Of a DNA stretch of 49,029 nt, positions 36,234 to 45,321 are shown piece by piece. The notes beneath the pieces are model-generated. The model had not been told where the DNA came from. It did no database searches and worked only from the letters and a program-made list of their open reading frames with translations. Both the position numbers and the translations under genes were made by a program. Source of the stretch: a virus (taxonomy: Duplodnaviria; Caudoviricetes); the IMG/VR virus record IMGVR_UViG_3300022852_000007, positions 1 through 49,029 of that record. The stretch is one strand, 5' to 3'. How positions within the stretch are numbered: the first letter of the stretch is position 1; every line of letters starts with the position of its first letter.

Positions 36234-36497
36234 ATGAAGGCGCTGACTGAATCCCAGAAAAAGGCAATCAAATCGTACGAGGATGAGCTGGCGAAAAACG
36301 CCTCAAGCGAAGACTGGTATGTTGAAGAGCAAAACACCCAGAGCAATGAGACTGTCCACCCAATCAAGGGCCACAAGGGGTGGACGGCAAAGCGCGATGG
36401 CAAACGTTTCGCTGTTGCGTTTGATGGCGAGTTCAAGTTCTATGCGGTCAGACTCAAAGCTGTTCCAGGCTTGATCAAATCGTTCAAGGCATCTTGA
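36234..36497 (+). CDS. Hypothetical early protein (monocistronic)
   Basis: 87 aa with own promoter and terminator. Confidence 0.8.
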   Translation: MKALTESQKKAIKSYEDELAKNASSEDWYVEEQNTQSNETVHPIKGHKGWTAKRDGKRFAVAFDGEFKFYAVRLKAVPGLIKSFKAS

Positions 36498-36510
36498 TCA
36501 AACCACACCC

Positions 36511-36535
36511 AAAGCCCTCTTGATTGAGGGCTTTT
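36511..36535 (+). terminator. Intrinsic terminator
   Basis: AAAGCCCTC-TTGATT-GAGGGCTTTT. Confidence 0.85.
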
Positions 36536-36566
36536 CACTTTCTGTCACCTTTTGATGAAATAAGTG

Positions 36567-36594
36567 TTGCTTTGCCCGTTCACTCGCGTATAAT
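36567..36594 (+). promoter_or_regulatory. Promoter TTGCTT-N16-TATAAT
   Basis: Shares TGAAATAA(A)GTGTTGC and CTCATCGRAAGGCA blocks with the 36167 promoter. Confidence 0.75.
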
Positions 36595-36640
36595 GAACTC
36601 ATCGGAAGGCAGAAAGCCTTACCCAAATGAGGATACAGAG

Positions 36641-36859
36641 ATGATCATGGAAATCCAAGCAAAGAACTTTGACGGCGTTGTTTGCCAAGTCAGTGTTGAT
36701 GATGTGCTCTTTGGCGACTTCTTCATTGATACCCAGCGCGCTGATGGACTCTTCAGCCCTGTATCGTTCTTTGATGATGCTGCGATGGATGCATATTTCG
36801 CAGACCTGGACGATGAAGCTTGGGATCGCGAATGCAAAGAGATGAATAGATACTGCTAA
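36641..36859 (+). CDS. Small acidic protein (72 aa, monocistronic)
   Basis: GAGGA RBS; 17 D/E versus 5 K/R by hand count. Confidence 0.75.
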   Translation: MIMEIQAKNFDGVVCQVSVDDVLFGDFFIDTQRADGLFSPVSFFDDAAMDAYFADLDDEAWDRECKEMNRYC

Positions 36860-36870
36860 CCTCAAACAAC

Positions 36871-36906
36871 AAAACCCCGGCCAGAGCGATCTGAGCCGGG
36901 GTTTTT
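36871..36906. terminator. Bidirectional terminator between early genes and terS
   Basis: AAAACCCCGGC / GCCGGGGTTTTT. Confidence 0.85.
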
Positions 36907-37029
36907 GCATCTACAGCACCATCGAATTCTAGCCCATCCTGGCCACGCTACCCGCTAACCGCTACCTTTGCCTGGACTTGCACCCAATCGCCACAGGGCA
37001 CCCACCAAGGCTGTGTATTTGGGCCGGTT

Positions 37030-37524
37030 CTAGTGGTGGGTGGTAGGGCTAGGCGACTCAGGCAGCGCATCCTGGCCAGCCTCCATCCGATAGAAGTCCT
37101 CCAGCGAGCGTCCTGCCTTCGTCTTGCCAGACTCATCAACCACGGTGATGCCGCACATGATGTTGAGCTCTTTGATGGCGTTCAATCGCACACTGTCCTT
37201 GGCGAATGGATTTCGCGCTGACGACAATAGTTCATTCAGGCTGATTTTGGTGTTCCACAGCTCTGTGGTTTTGACCTCATTCAGACGCTGAGCAAACCTG
37301 GACTTGTAATATGGGTTGTGCTCCATATTCTCAATGCGGATGTGGGCATTGCCGTCATAGTTCTCTGCGCCAAATACCCGCTTAAAGGCAGTGGACGTGT
37401 GATAACCGTGAATGCGATACTCAATGTATTGATCAAAGAGGTCGCGATGCACAATGGCAAACTCTTCTGTTGCAAACAGGAATGGTGGCTTCTTCTCGAT
37501 GCCGCCATCTTCGTTGTTGCTCAT
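37030..37524 (-). CDS. terS: Terminase small subunit (PB1/E217 type)
   Basis: FDQYIEYRIHGY, MEHNPYY, LWN.K..L.ELL, RLNAIKELN...ITVVDESGKTK.GR.L.DFY match my recollection of Pseudomonas phage E217 TerS; needs an alignment. Confidence 0.75.
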   Translation of the reverse strand: MSNNEDGGIEKKPPFLFATEEFAIVHRDLFDQYIEYRIHGYHTSTAFKRVFGAENYDGNAHIRIENMEHNPYYKSRFAQRLNEVKTTELWNTKISLNELLSSARNPFAKDSVRLNAIKELNIMCGITVVDESGKTKAGRSLEDFYRMEAGQDALPESPSPTTHH

Positions 37525-37759
37525 GATACTGTGTCCTTAATGGGCGATTAACAACTAGTGTAAGTTGATTGTGTGTTGGCGATCAAGCTGCATTATTTCG
37601 TGATTGCCGCGTAGTTGATGCTGGAGTTGTTGAAATGAGTTGCTGGCATCTAGAGTCGGATCGGATAAACGGCATCTGAGAAATAGGGTGGCTGATGGCA
37701 CAAGCCCAATGAATTCGCAACCTTGAGCACGTTCGTTGCGCCTTGCCGCCCTATTGAAA

Positions 37760-38050
37760 AATTTCAGCCGCAACTGGCAAGGCCGCGAATTCTCTGGGTT
37801 CTAACTACTTAATTGCTTTATTTAAGATAAATAATAATTTTAGGAAAGTACAAAATGAAAAGGGCTTAGACCTTTTGCCGTTGCGGCGTTGCAACCGCAA
37901 TAACCGCAACTAAGTACCTCAACCCCACGAACGGCGCGGCCTGCGAAGTTGCGGCTGAATTAGTTGCGGCTCCGCAATTAACCGCCCTAGCCCACGAACG
38001 GCGCGGCCTTGACCCAAATTCCCAGCACCTAAAAACCAGCCGCAACTAGC
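37760..38050. repeat. Palindromic CCGCAA(C/T)-repeat element B with AT-rich core
   Basis: Homologous to 17805-18068; 13-bp IR 37763-75/37947-59; 19-bp direct repeat CCCACGAACGGCGCGGCCT at 37924 and 37991. Confidence 0.85.
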
Positions 38051-38387
38051 CACAAAAACAGCACATTAACCCAAAATTAGGCACATTAAACCCAACATCA
38101 AGAACACAAGAACACATATTTCCACTCAAACGCCGTTTATCGGATCCACATCACCAATCGGCAAACCACACAAAACCAGCATCGCCATTCCTTCGACTAC
38201 AACAAGACCGCCAACTCACTTTCATTTTTCCACCTCACTTCACCGAAAAACCACCATCACACCAAGTAACCCAACACTCAACCAAAGCCGTTCATCGGAT
38301 TTATTGCCACCAATCCCAGAATGGCGAAAGCCGGCAAGCCTAATACAAGCGCTCACCGGCCACAATAAAGCCACCTCAGATCAACAA
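38010..38387. other. Non-coding strand-biased tract (G-poor on + strand)
   Basis: 5 G in 38041-38100 and 2 G in 38221-38280. Confidence 0.85.
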
Positions 38388-40046
38388 TTAGAACCCACCG
38401 TGAGGCTCCCCACCGCCATTCGGCTTGACATCTTCGACATTATCCACTGCACCTTCACTCAGCGCATTCTCATCGGCTTCATCAGCCTCAGCCATCTTGC
38501 CAATGTTGTCGTTGAAATCCTCAGTCGTCTCGAATTGCTCGAACATATATCCACGCATCGAGCCGCTTTTGATTGAGGTTGGGATGCCACCCAGCGCCGC
38601 CATCTTCGTCACCAAGTGTCGATCATTGAGCCGGTTCTTCCGGTCAAACTTGTCGTACACCATGGCAATCTCAGCCGTGGAGATGAACATGCCCTTTTGC
38701 TTGCGACCATCCCAATACACCTTCCTGCATTCTTTGAGGACTGGAATCAGGAAGCGCTCTAGCGCATCGTCGCGGATGGTGCCACGGTCGCGTTTCTGCT
38801 CACCCAGGTTGAATGCGGCAACCTTCTTGCTGACATCGTCCACATACTTCTTGTAGCCTTTCTGCCCATACTTCTTGATCCACGCGGCGCACTCGCCCAT
38901 GATCTGCCAGAAGTCTTCATCAAACGTGGAGAAGTCGGCAGAGAAGTGTTCACGCCATTGGGGCTGACCAAACTTGTCAGGCAGTTGACCAACGAACATT
39001 GGATAGAAGCGCCGGTTGCCCGTATCGTCGCGCTGCAGGCCTTCGTACTTGTTGCCGTCCATCACGATGATCCACTGACGTTCCTGGCGGAATGTGCCCT
39101 CATACTTATAGTGCATCGAGTCAGAGGTGGTGGTGATGAAGGATTTGATCTTGTTGAGGTCGCCGCGTGTGAAGCCGGTCATCTCACCGACGTTCGCGAT
39201 GATTGAGTTGCCGGTGATCTCACGCAGGAATTCGTTCTTGTCAGCGCTCAAGTCCAACTGCACCGCGTCAGCCTTCTTATCCTGAAGGACCAACTCACAG
39301 ATGCGCTTGGACAGATACGACTTACCGGCGTTCTGGGTGCCGAACAACGACAGCACCATGGGCGCCAGACAGCCGGGGTTCATCACCCGGTTGTAGATTG
39401 ACAGCCAGAAGTATTGCCCGAAGTCATCAGAAAGATCGGACTTGTCACAATCGAACATTTCGATGAGCTTGGTGCGCATCCTGGGCTTTCCATCCCACTC
39501 AGGCACACGTTGCTCGAAGTTGCGAATGAGGTCGTTCCACTGCTGGGTCATTGCCCATTCTTTGAAGGCGCGTCGGATCGAGTCAGCGCTTTGCCCGCGA
39601 AGGCCAGCTGCAGCCACAGCGCGAACCAATTCCACCATCGAATAGCGGTCGTCAACGATCTGCCCGCGCCAATCCACCAACCGGCCCATAAACGTGTTGA
39701 TGTGGGGCCTATCGACGTCGCCAAAGAGTGCATCGAATGCAGCCCAGCGGTTGTCGTCGGTCGGTTGGGGTTGCATGACGATCAAGTCACCGGCCCGTAC
39801 CTGTTTCTCATCGGGGAATTCGACAGCGCCGATGGCCGCCAGGGCCTTCGCTCGCTTAACAAGGTCTTTCTCCAGGCGGATCTGCTGGATCGCCAATTCA
39901 CCTTGCGCGGCCCGCTCAGCCAACTTCAACGTGGCCTTGTGGGTTTCCATCTCAGCAGCGTTAAGCTCATCGCTCATGCCAGCGTCTTCCCAAGGAAGTG
40001 CCTCTGGCAGATCGCTTTCGTTGCCGTCGTTATCAATATGGTCCAT
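38388..40046 (-). CDS. VirE/VapE-type P-loop helicase (primase partner)
   Basis: 552 aa; WDGKPR, Walker A GTQNAGKS, D..KIKSFIT..D, DDTGNRRFYP. Confidence 0.85.
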   Translation of the reverse strand: MDHIDNDGNESDLPEALPWEDAGMSDELNAAEMETHKATLKLAERAAQGELAIQQIRLEKDLVKRAKALAAIGAVEFPDEKQVRAGDLIVMQPQPTDDNRWAAFDALFGDVDRPHINTFMGRLVDWRGQIVDDRYSMVELVRAVAAAGLRGQSADSIRRAFKEWAMTQQWNDLIRNFEQRVPEWDGKPRMRTKLIEMFDCDKSDLSDDFGQYFWLSIYNRVMNPGCLAPMVLSLFGTQNAGKSYLSKRICELVLQDKKADAVQLDLSADKNEFLREITGNSIIANVGEMTGFTRGDLNKIKSFITTTSDSMHYKYEGTFRQERQWIIVMDGNKYEGLQRDDTGNRRFYPMFVGQLPDKFGQPQWREHFSADFSTFDEDFWQIMGECAAWIKKYGQKGYKKYVDDVSKKVAAFNLGEQKRDRGTIRDDALERFLIPVLKECRKVYWDGRKQKGMFISTAEIAMVYDKFDRKNRLNDRHLVTKMAALGGIPTSIKSGSMRGYMFEQFETTEDFNDNIGKMAEADEADENALSEGAVDNVEDVKPNGGGEPHGGF

Positions 40047-40057
40047 TGGGTGTGACC

Positions 40058-40603
40058 TTAGTAGCGGGTGGTTGGCAAGGTCACAGGGTTGAGTGCCAGC
40101 TGACCCCTGTTCTCAGGGCGACGGCTCAGGTGCTCGATGTACAGAAGGGAGTTGTTCTGGATCGTGTCGTATTTGCTGAGAATGTTGCCAACGCCGCCGT
40201 TGAGCTCACTGGACAACTTCTCTGCGTAGAATTCGGAATCGGCGTTGATGTAGCCTAGATGGATCATGTAGTTGATGATCGACATCATGATTACCAGCTT
40301 CTGGCTGGCGTTCAACTTCAACTTGGGCATGGCGAAGGACGCCAACGAGGTGCCGTGGTCGCCGGTGCCGTCGAATGTCATGCAGCAGAAGAACTTGGCG
40401 CGAAGGCCTACAAACTCGACGGTGACATGAGAGATTTGATTGCCATTGCCGCTGTTGCGGGCAACGTTGATGGAGATGGGGCGTTTGAAGTCAGACCTGG
40501 AAACATCTTCAAAGATGTCGTAATCTCGGTTGCAGATTACCTGGTGAATGTTCAGGTACACAACAGAGGCAAGCAGTTCATTCTGCTCAGTCACTTTAGA
40601 CAC
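40058..40603 (-). CDS. Hypothetical protein between primase and helicase
   Basis: 181 aa, AAGGA RBS, GTG start. Confidence 0.7.
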   Translation of the reverse strand: MSKVTEQNELLASVVYLNIHQVICNRDYDIFEDVSRSDFKRPISINVARNSGNGNQISHVTVEFVGLRAKFFCCMTFDGTGDHGTSLASFAMPKLKLNASQKLVIMMSIINYMIHLGYINADSEFYAEKLSSELNGGVGNILSKYDTIQNNSLLYIEHLSRRPENRGQLALNPVTLPTTRY

Positions 40604-40672
40604 TTAGCAATTCCTTCATGGTTTATGTCCGACAGCGCTATGTGCCGGTTGGTTGGAATAGAGGGTTGGCCT

Positions 40673-40711
40673 GCGCCCTGGATTATCGTTTATCAGGGCG
40701 CGGCGCGGCAA
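40673..40711 (-). promoter_or_regulatory. Promoter TTGCCG-N18-GATAAT in hairpin
   Basis: Perfect 8-bp arms 40673-80 / 40694-701 flanking the -10. Confidence 0.7.
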
Positions 40712-40714
40712 CTG

Positions 40715-41794
40715 TTAATCGGCGTGGGCCCGGTTGATTTCCTCAAGTGAATCAATAATCTTGGGCATAACGATTTGATCAGTAAAAGTTGCCCAGGTGC
40801 GTCGGTGAAGCTTACGACAAGTATCGTGAGCACATCCGAAAACAAACTCTACGTCGGCGCCTGGAATCGGCCCTCGGAAGTAGGCGCCGAATGGATCACC
40901 GTTGGTGTGCTCGTTGCCCCATGGACATTGGATGCGATACTTGCCTGACATGTTCATGACGACATCGCCGCCCGAGCCTTCGCCTAACTTGGCAGCACCC
41001 AGGATGCGTTCGGCCATTCGCATCCAGAGTACGTCATATTTATATTCTTCCTTGTCGATGACGAACGTTTTCTTGATCGGGACTAGCACTTCAAATTGAA
41101 ATGCGCGAGCAATTTGCTCAATGGAGTATCGTCTGGTGTAGTCCGCATCTTTAAGTTCAACGGTGTACGGAACAACACCGCCTTCGTCCACTGGGTATTT
41201 AAGAGGTCCAGCCGGGGAGTGTCGCTTATTGTTGTAGCCAATCGGCATCCGACCGTATCGGCTGACGTCTTTAATTGTGTTGTCTCCTCCCAACTTGAGA
41301 ACGTTTGTGACAAACGAAGTAAGGAAAGCCTTAAAGCGTGGCATGCTAGGCTCTGGCTCATCGAAGAAGTACCAAAGTTGGTAGTTTCCTGGGGATGTTT
41401 CAACGGTAGCGGTGGGCTTGAGGATGTTGTAGAAGTGTCTGAGGTCCATTCCTCCTTTGGAACCCTTCCCGTGGCCAATGTCATCCACCATGAGGGCAAG
41501 TCCGTGGCCAAAGGATGCTTCGCCGCGCCAGTACCGCATTTCCCCAGTCTTTGGGTTTGGGGTCTTGATGCTTGAGCTGATGCAAGCATAAGCATTGGAA
41601 TTAGCGTTGATAAACTTGCCTTCTTTCCAAGGCACTGGCCACCAGCCACCGTTAATCTTTTTGCCGGTGGCGTCTGTTTGGACTGTTGCTTCTTCTGCAT
41701 AACCGGCCATCACCCTTTCGTCTTCAGGAATAGTGGATTGCAACTCGATCAGGAAGCGCTCGCAGTCTTCCAGGCGTTCTTTGCGGGTCTTCAC
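40715..41794 (-). CDS. RepB-like (AEP-fold) DNA primase
   Basis: LMVDDIG, ETSPGNYQLWY, RYGRMP.G.N, C-terminal CPW..EH...FGCAH..C; probable GTG start 41794. Confidence 0.85.
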   Translation of the reverse strand: MKTRKERLEDCERFLIELQSTIPEDERVMAGYAEEATVQTDATGKKINGGWWPVPWKEGKFINANSNAYACISSSIKTPNPKTGEMRYWRGEASFGHGLALMVDDIGHGKGSKGGMDLRHFYNILKPTATVETSPGNYQLWYFFDEPEPSMPRFKAFLTSFVTNVLKLGGDNTIKDVSRYGRMPIGYNNKRHSPAGPLKYPVDEGGVVPYTVELKDADYTRRYSIEQIARAFQFEVLVPIKKTFVIDKEEYKYDVLWMRMAERILGAAKLGEGSGGDVVMNMSGKYRIQCPWGNEHTNGDPFGAYFRGPIPGADVEFVFGCAHDTCRKLHRRTWATFTDQIVMPKIIDSLEEINRAHAD

Positions 41795-42513
41795 TTGTTT
41801 GCCTTCTTCCCGGTCCCTTCGCATTTATTGCAAGTTGTGGTTGGAGCCTCGGTGATGCCGGTTGACACAGAACCCCAACCCTCACAGACCACGCACGCAT
41901 CCTTCTCTGAAGGGACTTCGACTTGTGGCGTTGGTTTGGCCTCTGGTGCGACTCCCATATCGTCACCCAGACGACTCCAGAAGTCGCCTTCGGACTGCTT
42001 TGTCTGTCGCATGGCCAATGCCCTTATCACAGCATTTGGGTGCTCCCAGGGCGCGGTACAGGTCGAGCACCAGCCACAGTGGTTCGGTCCGATAGGCCCG
42101 TCCAGGCCACAAGGCTCCTTGGGCATCGCCTGTGTATAATCAATGGCATCCTGCGCGGCCTTGTTGGCCTCATACTGCGCATTCTCGATCTCATCCACGC
42201 AAGCCTGCCAGCCGTCGTGCTCCAATGAGCTCATGCTGCAGGTCTTCTTCGGGATGTAGTAGGTGATGTTGGCGTTGGCCGTCTTCAGGCCTTCCAGCTC
42301 TTTCTCCAACACCTTGATGCGCGCCTGGAGGGCTTTGACAACCTCTTCGCCGTCCTCGTCATCAATGCACAACTCTTCCCAACGCGCCAATATGGCTTTG
42401 TCATAGCCCCGATAATGCGGATCTGCAAGGTAGTGTGGATTTTGCTCCACAACTTCCATCAGGCCGCGCAGATCCATCTTGGCAATTTCTGCGTATGCTT
42501 GTTCGTCGCTCAT
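41791..42513 (-). CDS. Hypothetical protein with C-terminal CxxCxGxG Zn motifs
   Basis: 240 aa; CVVCEGWG...CNKCEGTG. Confidence 0.7.
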   Translation of the reverse strand: MSDEQAYAEIAKMDLRGLMEVVEQNPHYLADPHYRGYDKAILARWEELCIDDEDGEEVVKALQARIKVLEKELEGLKTANANITYYIPKKTCSMSSLEHDGWQACVDEIENAQYEANKAAQDAIDYTQAMPKEPCGLDGPIGPNHCGWCSTCTAPWEHPNAVIRALAMRQTKQSEGDFWSRLGDDMGVAPEAKPTPQVEVPSEKDACVVCEGWGSVSTGITEAPTTTCNKCEGTGKKANK

Positions 42514-42522
42514 TATTCCACC

Positions 42523-43680
42523 TCAGTAATTGGAACGTGGCTTTTCGTCTTCCAGACGGTCAATGACTGCTTGTAGCCGTTTGACTTCTGCCTGTAGGCC
42601 ATCCCGCTCCTTCTGCAGTTCCGCATAAGGCTTCTGCGAGAGAACAGATCCAGGTTTATCTCCGTCAACCCTTCTGATGCGCTGCCAATGGGTCACAGTT
42701 CGAAGCTCATGGCCACTGCTTACTTCGACATACCAAATGTACGCATAGTTGTCACTTTCAGGCGCAGCGCACATCTTCTGATGAACCAACTTGGCGGTAG
42801 TATACTGCTTGCCAGCGTGCGTATCAAACGCGACCAATACGAGTTCCCTGAATGGAGGCAACTCCTTCTCAACTGGAACCCAGTTGTACCAGCCGAACAT
42901 GACACGCGTCAACTCCAAAGATTCTGGGTTGGAGCGGATTCGAATTTCACCAGTCTCTGCTAATATGGCCTTGAGGCGATCCCAGTCATACTGCTTGTTG
43001 CGCGTGAAGGCTGGAATTGTCGTGTCTGGTTCTGCAGAGGCCATATCCCAATTGACTTTTTGGTCATTAATAATGCCGAACGTTCTTGGACGGCTCGCAT
43101 CCACCTTGGACAACAAGTTCAATGCATCGTCTAGTGTCGATTTGTCCAAGGCACTTTGGTGCTTGGGCTCCACAACAACGTTTGGTGAATCTTTGATTGC
43201 TGGAGGCAGCAACTCAACCGCAGGTTCACCGAACTTGACGAACGGCAGATCTGGGTAACGAGGCATACCGCACTTGGTACAGAACTCACGACCGGTGCCC
43301 CAGGATGGGCTCCAACGGTGATCCAGACCTTCATAGTTCCGGCACCAGCGCGGCGAATCACCGAGACGGCTGTAGGCCATACGCATCGCGTTCTGGTTCT
43401 TACAGATTATCTTTAGCTTCTGGTAGATTTGCCCAGGGACGAAGTACGGGCATTGCAGAAGGAACTGGACGCACTTCCAGCCATCGTGCTCAACCGAGTT
43501 CTTGATGTGGTACGGCGGGTGCCAGGTGGCCTTGTCCAGTTCTGCGGCAGTGTGAATGAAATGGTAGTTGATCAGGTTCACCAACAGCTGCAATTCACGG
43601 CCTGGATGGCAATGCTTGCGCAGAAGTTTGATGATGCGCTTGCCACCGTTTACTTGCCATTTTTCGAGAGGTTTGTTCAT
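42523..43680 (-). CDS. Mosaic protein with DUF551-like domain
   Basis: Probable start ATG 43680 after GGAG; WVPVEKELP...VLV...VTHWQ. Confidence 0.65.
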   Translation of the reverse strand: MNKPLEKWQVNGGKRIIKLLRKHCHPGRELQLLVNLINYHFIHTAAELDKATWHPPYHIKNSVEHDGWKCVQFLLQCPYFVPGQIYQKLKIICKNQNAMRMAYSRLGDSPRWCRNYEGLDHRWSPSWGTGREFCTKCGMPRYPDLPFVKFGEPAVELLPPAIKDSPNVVVEPKHQSALDKSTLDDALNLLSKVDASRPRTFGIINDQKVNWDMASAEPDTTIPAFTRNKQYDWDRLKAILAETGEIRIRSNPESLELTRVMFGWYNWVPVEKELPPFRELVLVAFDTHAGKQYTTAKLVHQKMCAAPESDNYAYIWYVEVSSGHELRTVTHWQRIRRVDGDKPGSVLSQKPYAELQKERDGLQAEVKRLQAVIDRLEDEKPRSNY

Positions 43681-43925
43681 TGTGCTGGCTCCCAAGTATT
43701 TCCGACGTAACGACCAACATGGCCGCCGATGTTGATGGTCAAGGTGGCGAATCCGGTTGGCATGTACGCTCGCATGCCTTTCCAAGGTCCGTCTTTAAAT
43801 GCCGTCCAGAAGATACGGGCGCCGTTTGGTCGCTCCATATAAGTCGGCGCGCCCTTCGGCACAACCGGATGCTTTGGCAGCACAGGCCCTTTCGGCACCT
43901 TTGGGAATTTAGGGACTTTGGTCAT
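43677..43925 (-). CDS. Small Pro/Lys-rich protein
   Basis: MTKVPKFPKVPKGPVLPKHPVVPKG...; ATGA overlap. Confidence 0.55.
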   Translation of the reverse strand: MTKVPKFPKVPKGPVLPKHPVVPKGAPTYMERPNGARIFWTAFKDGPWKGMRAYMPTGFATLTINIGGHVGRYVGNTWEPAQ

Positions 43926-44269
43926 TTGTTGAACCACAGCACGTGAGTGGCCCATGCAGGGATGTCGATAGTGCCGCGCTTCATTCTCGAAGGCATCACG
44001 ACATCCCAGGTCATGACAGGGCAATGGGATGGTGCCATGAAGTTCCAGCCACCCAGAAACCAGTCGTCGTGCGGCGCCTCATAGCTTACGTACACGCCGT
44101 CAGAGAACTGGCCGAAGCCGTCACTGTCGATGAACGCGCCGCACTTGACACATTCCATGAACTCTTCAATGGTGAACATGTCACCGTAGGTCGATGCTTC
44201 TGTGCGGAACTCGACAGGGATGCCAGAAATTGCGCACTGCAAAAGTTCACAATCTTTAGGTATAGTCAT
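43922..44269 (-). CDS. Hypothetical protein
   Basis: 115 aa; GAFIDSDGFG and WATHVLWFNK motifs. Confidence 0.7.
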   Translation of the reverse strand: MTIPKDCELLQCAISGIPVEFRTEASTYGDMFTIEEFMECVKCGAFIDSDGFGQFSDGVYVSYEAPHDDWFLGGWNFMAPSHCPVMTWDVVMPSRMKRGTIDIPAWATHVLWFNK

Positions 44270-44296
44270 TCTAGTTCTTTCTCGTGAAGTTGAAAT

Positions 44297-44333
44297 GCCG
44301 GTCGAGTATAAGCGATCTCAGACCGGCGAGCTA
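44297..44333 (-). promoter_or_regulatory. Promoter TAGCTC-N17-TATACT in hairpin
   Basis: GCCGGTC 44297-303 / GACCGGC 44321-27. Confidence 0.55.
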
Positions 44334-44341
44334 CTCTTTTA

Positions 44342-44890
44342 TCAGACGGTCGCGCCATAGTGCACGATCACCGGAACGCGCTTGCCCTGGGCTTCCTGAT
44401 CCTTGACCCAATTGGCTTCAGCGTTCCGCTTGGCCGCCGTGTACATTGCGCTAGGGCGCGTTCTGCCAGTGGTGACGGCATAGGTCCGCACGGCTGCATA
44501 GATAAGCGCCCGCTTTTCGTCGTCCACTCCACAAGCCTTCATGATTTCGTTGAAGATGTCGTCGGCGTCCTTGCGGCTGATGTCAACCATGCGCGTTCGG
44601 CTGATGTCCCAAATCTTCAGGTACTCGCACATGATATCATGGGCAATCGCAGCAGGTCCGTGCGAACCCCATGGGCCTACAAGCGGGTGGAACGGCTTTG
44701 GCACGCTGGCCCCGTCTGTGAGGTATCCCATGGGAATATCCACAGAGTATGCCACACCCTTCCAGGTAAAGAAGAATGACAGAGGCGCCATGACGCGCCA
44801 GAAGTCGGCCCCAAGCAACTGACTTTCCGCGAATGCAAACGCAGTGATTGCATCGCCATTGAACTTTTTGATGCCCATAGGCTCGCTCAT
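44342..44890 (-). CDS. DUF1353-family protein
   Basis: GYLTDGASVP...AAIAHD..C...RKDADDIF...M...GV...IYAAVR. Confidence 0.85.
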   Translation of the reverse strand: MSEPMGIKKFNGDAITAFAFAESQLLGADFWRVMAPLSFFFTWKGVAYSVDIPMGYLTDGASVPKPFHPLVGPWGSHGPAAIAHDIMCEYLKIWDISRTRMVDISRKDADDIFNEIMKACGVDDEKRALIYAAVRTYAVTTGRTRPSAMYTAAKRNAEANWVKDQEAQGKRVPVIVHYGATV

Positions 44891-44930
44891 AATTGTGTCC
44901 GTTTATTGCCGTTAGTTAGCAGAAGTCCTT

Positions 44931-44996
44931 ATTATAGCTGCCTGGATGTTGCAAGTTAACTTATCATTTGCCTTTAGAATAAGTCTGCATTATTCT
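44931..44996. promoter_or_regulatory. Back-to-back divergent promoters
   Basis: Minus TTAACT-N17-TATAAT (44959-44931); plus TTGCCT-N17-TATTCT (44968-44996). Confidence 0.6.
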
Positions 44997-45033
44997 CCAC
45001 AACCTTGAAGAAAGAACCGAGAAAGGAGCCAAT

Positions 45034-45321
45034 GTGATAACCATCTATAAGTACCTGGTCGGACATATGCCGACTAGTATCATGCTGCAAAAGGGCGCAG
45101 AAATTCACTCTGTGGGTCAAGACCCAAATAGCAACTCCCTTTGTATTTGGGCAAGGGTTGACACAGATCAGCCACATGAAAAGCGCCAATTCATTGTCTT
45201 CAGCACCGGCTACGCGATTGACTCTGCACTGGTCCCGATTCTGAAGTTCCTCGGCACCGTGGTCACTCGCGAGCGCCTGGCCTATCACATTTACGAAGTC
45301 ATGCGAGGGGCTGCAGAATGA
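45034..45321 (+). CDS. Conserved phage hypothetical protein
   Basis: 95 aa, AAGGAG RBS; IYKY...GAEIHSV...IWARVD...STG pattern. Confidence 0.7.
   Translation: MITIYKYLVGHMPTSIMLQKGAEIHSVGQDPNSNSLCIWARVDTDQPHEKRQFIVFSTGYAIDSALVPILKFLGTVVTRERLAYHIYEVMRGAAE

Noticed and set aside
36940-36970. CGCTAC/CCGCTA short tandem units downstream of terS
   Set aside because: Only three 6-7 bp units; cannot be separated from chance.
17805-38050. Elements A and B as att sites, terminal repeats or transposon ends
   Set aside because: Copies are too diverged, no recombinase or transposase is present, and essential genes lie both inside and outside.
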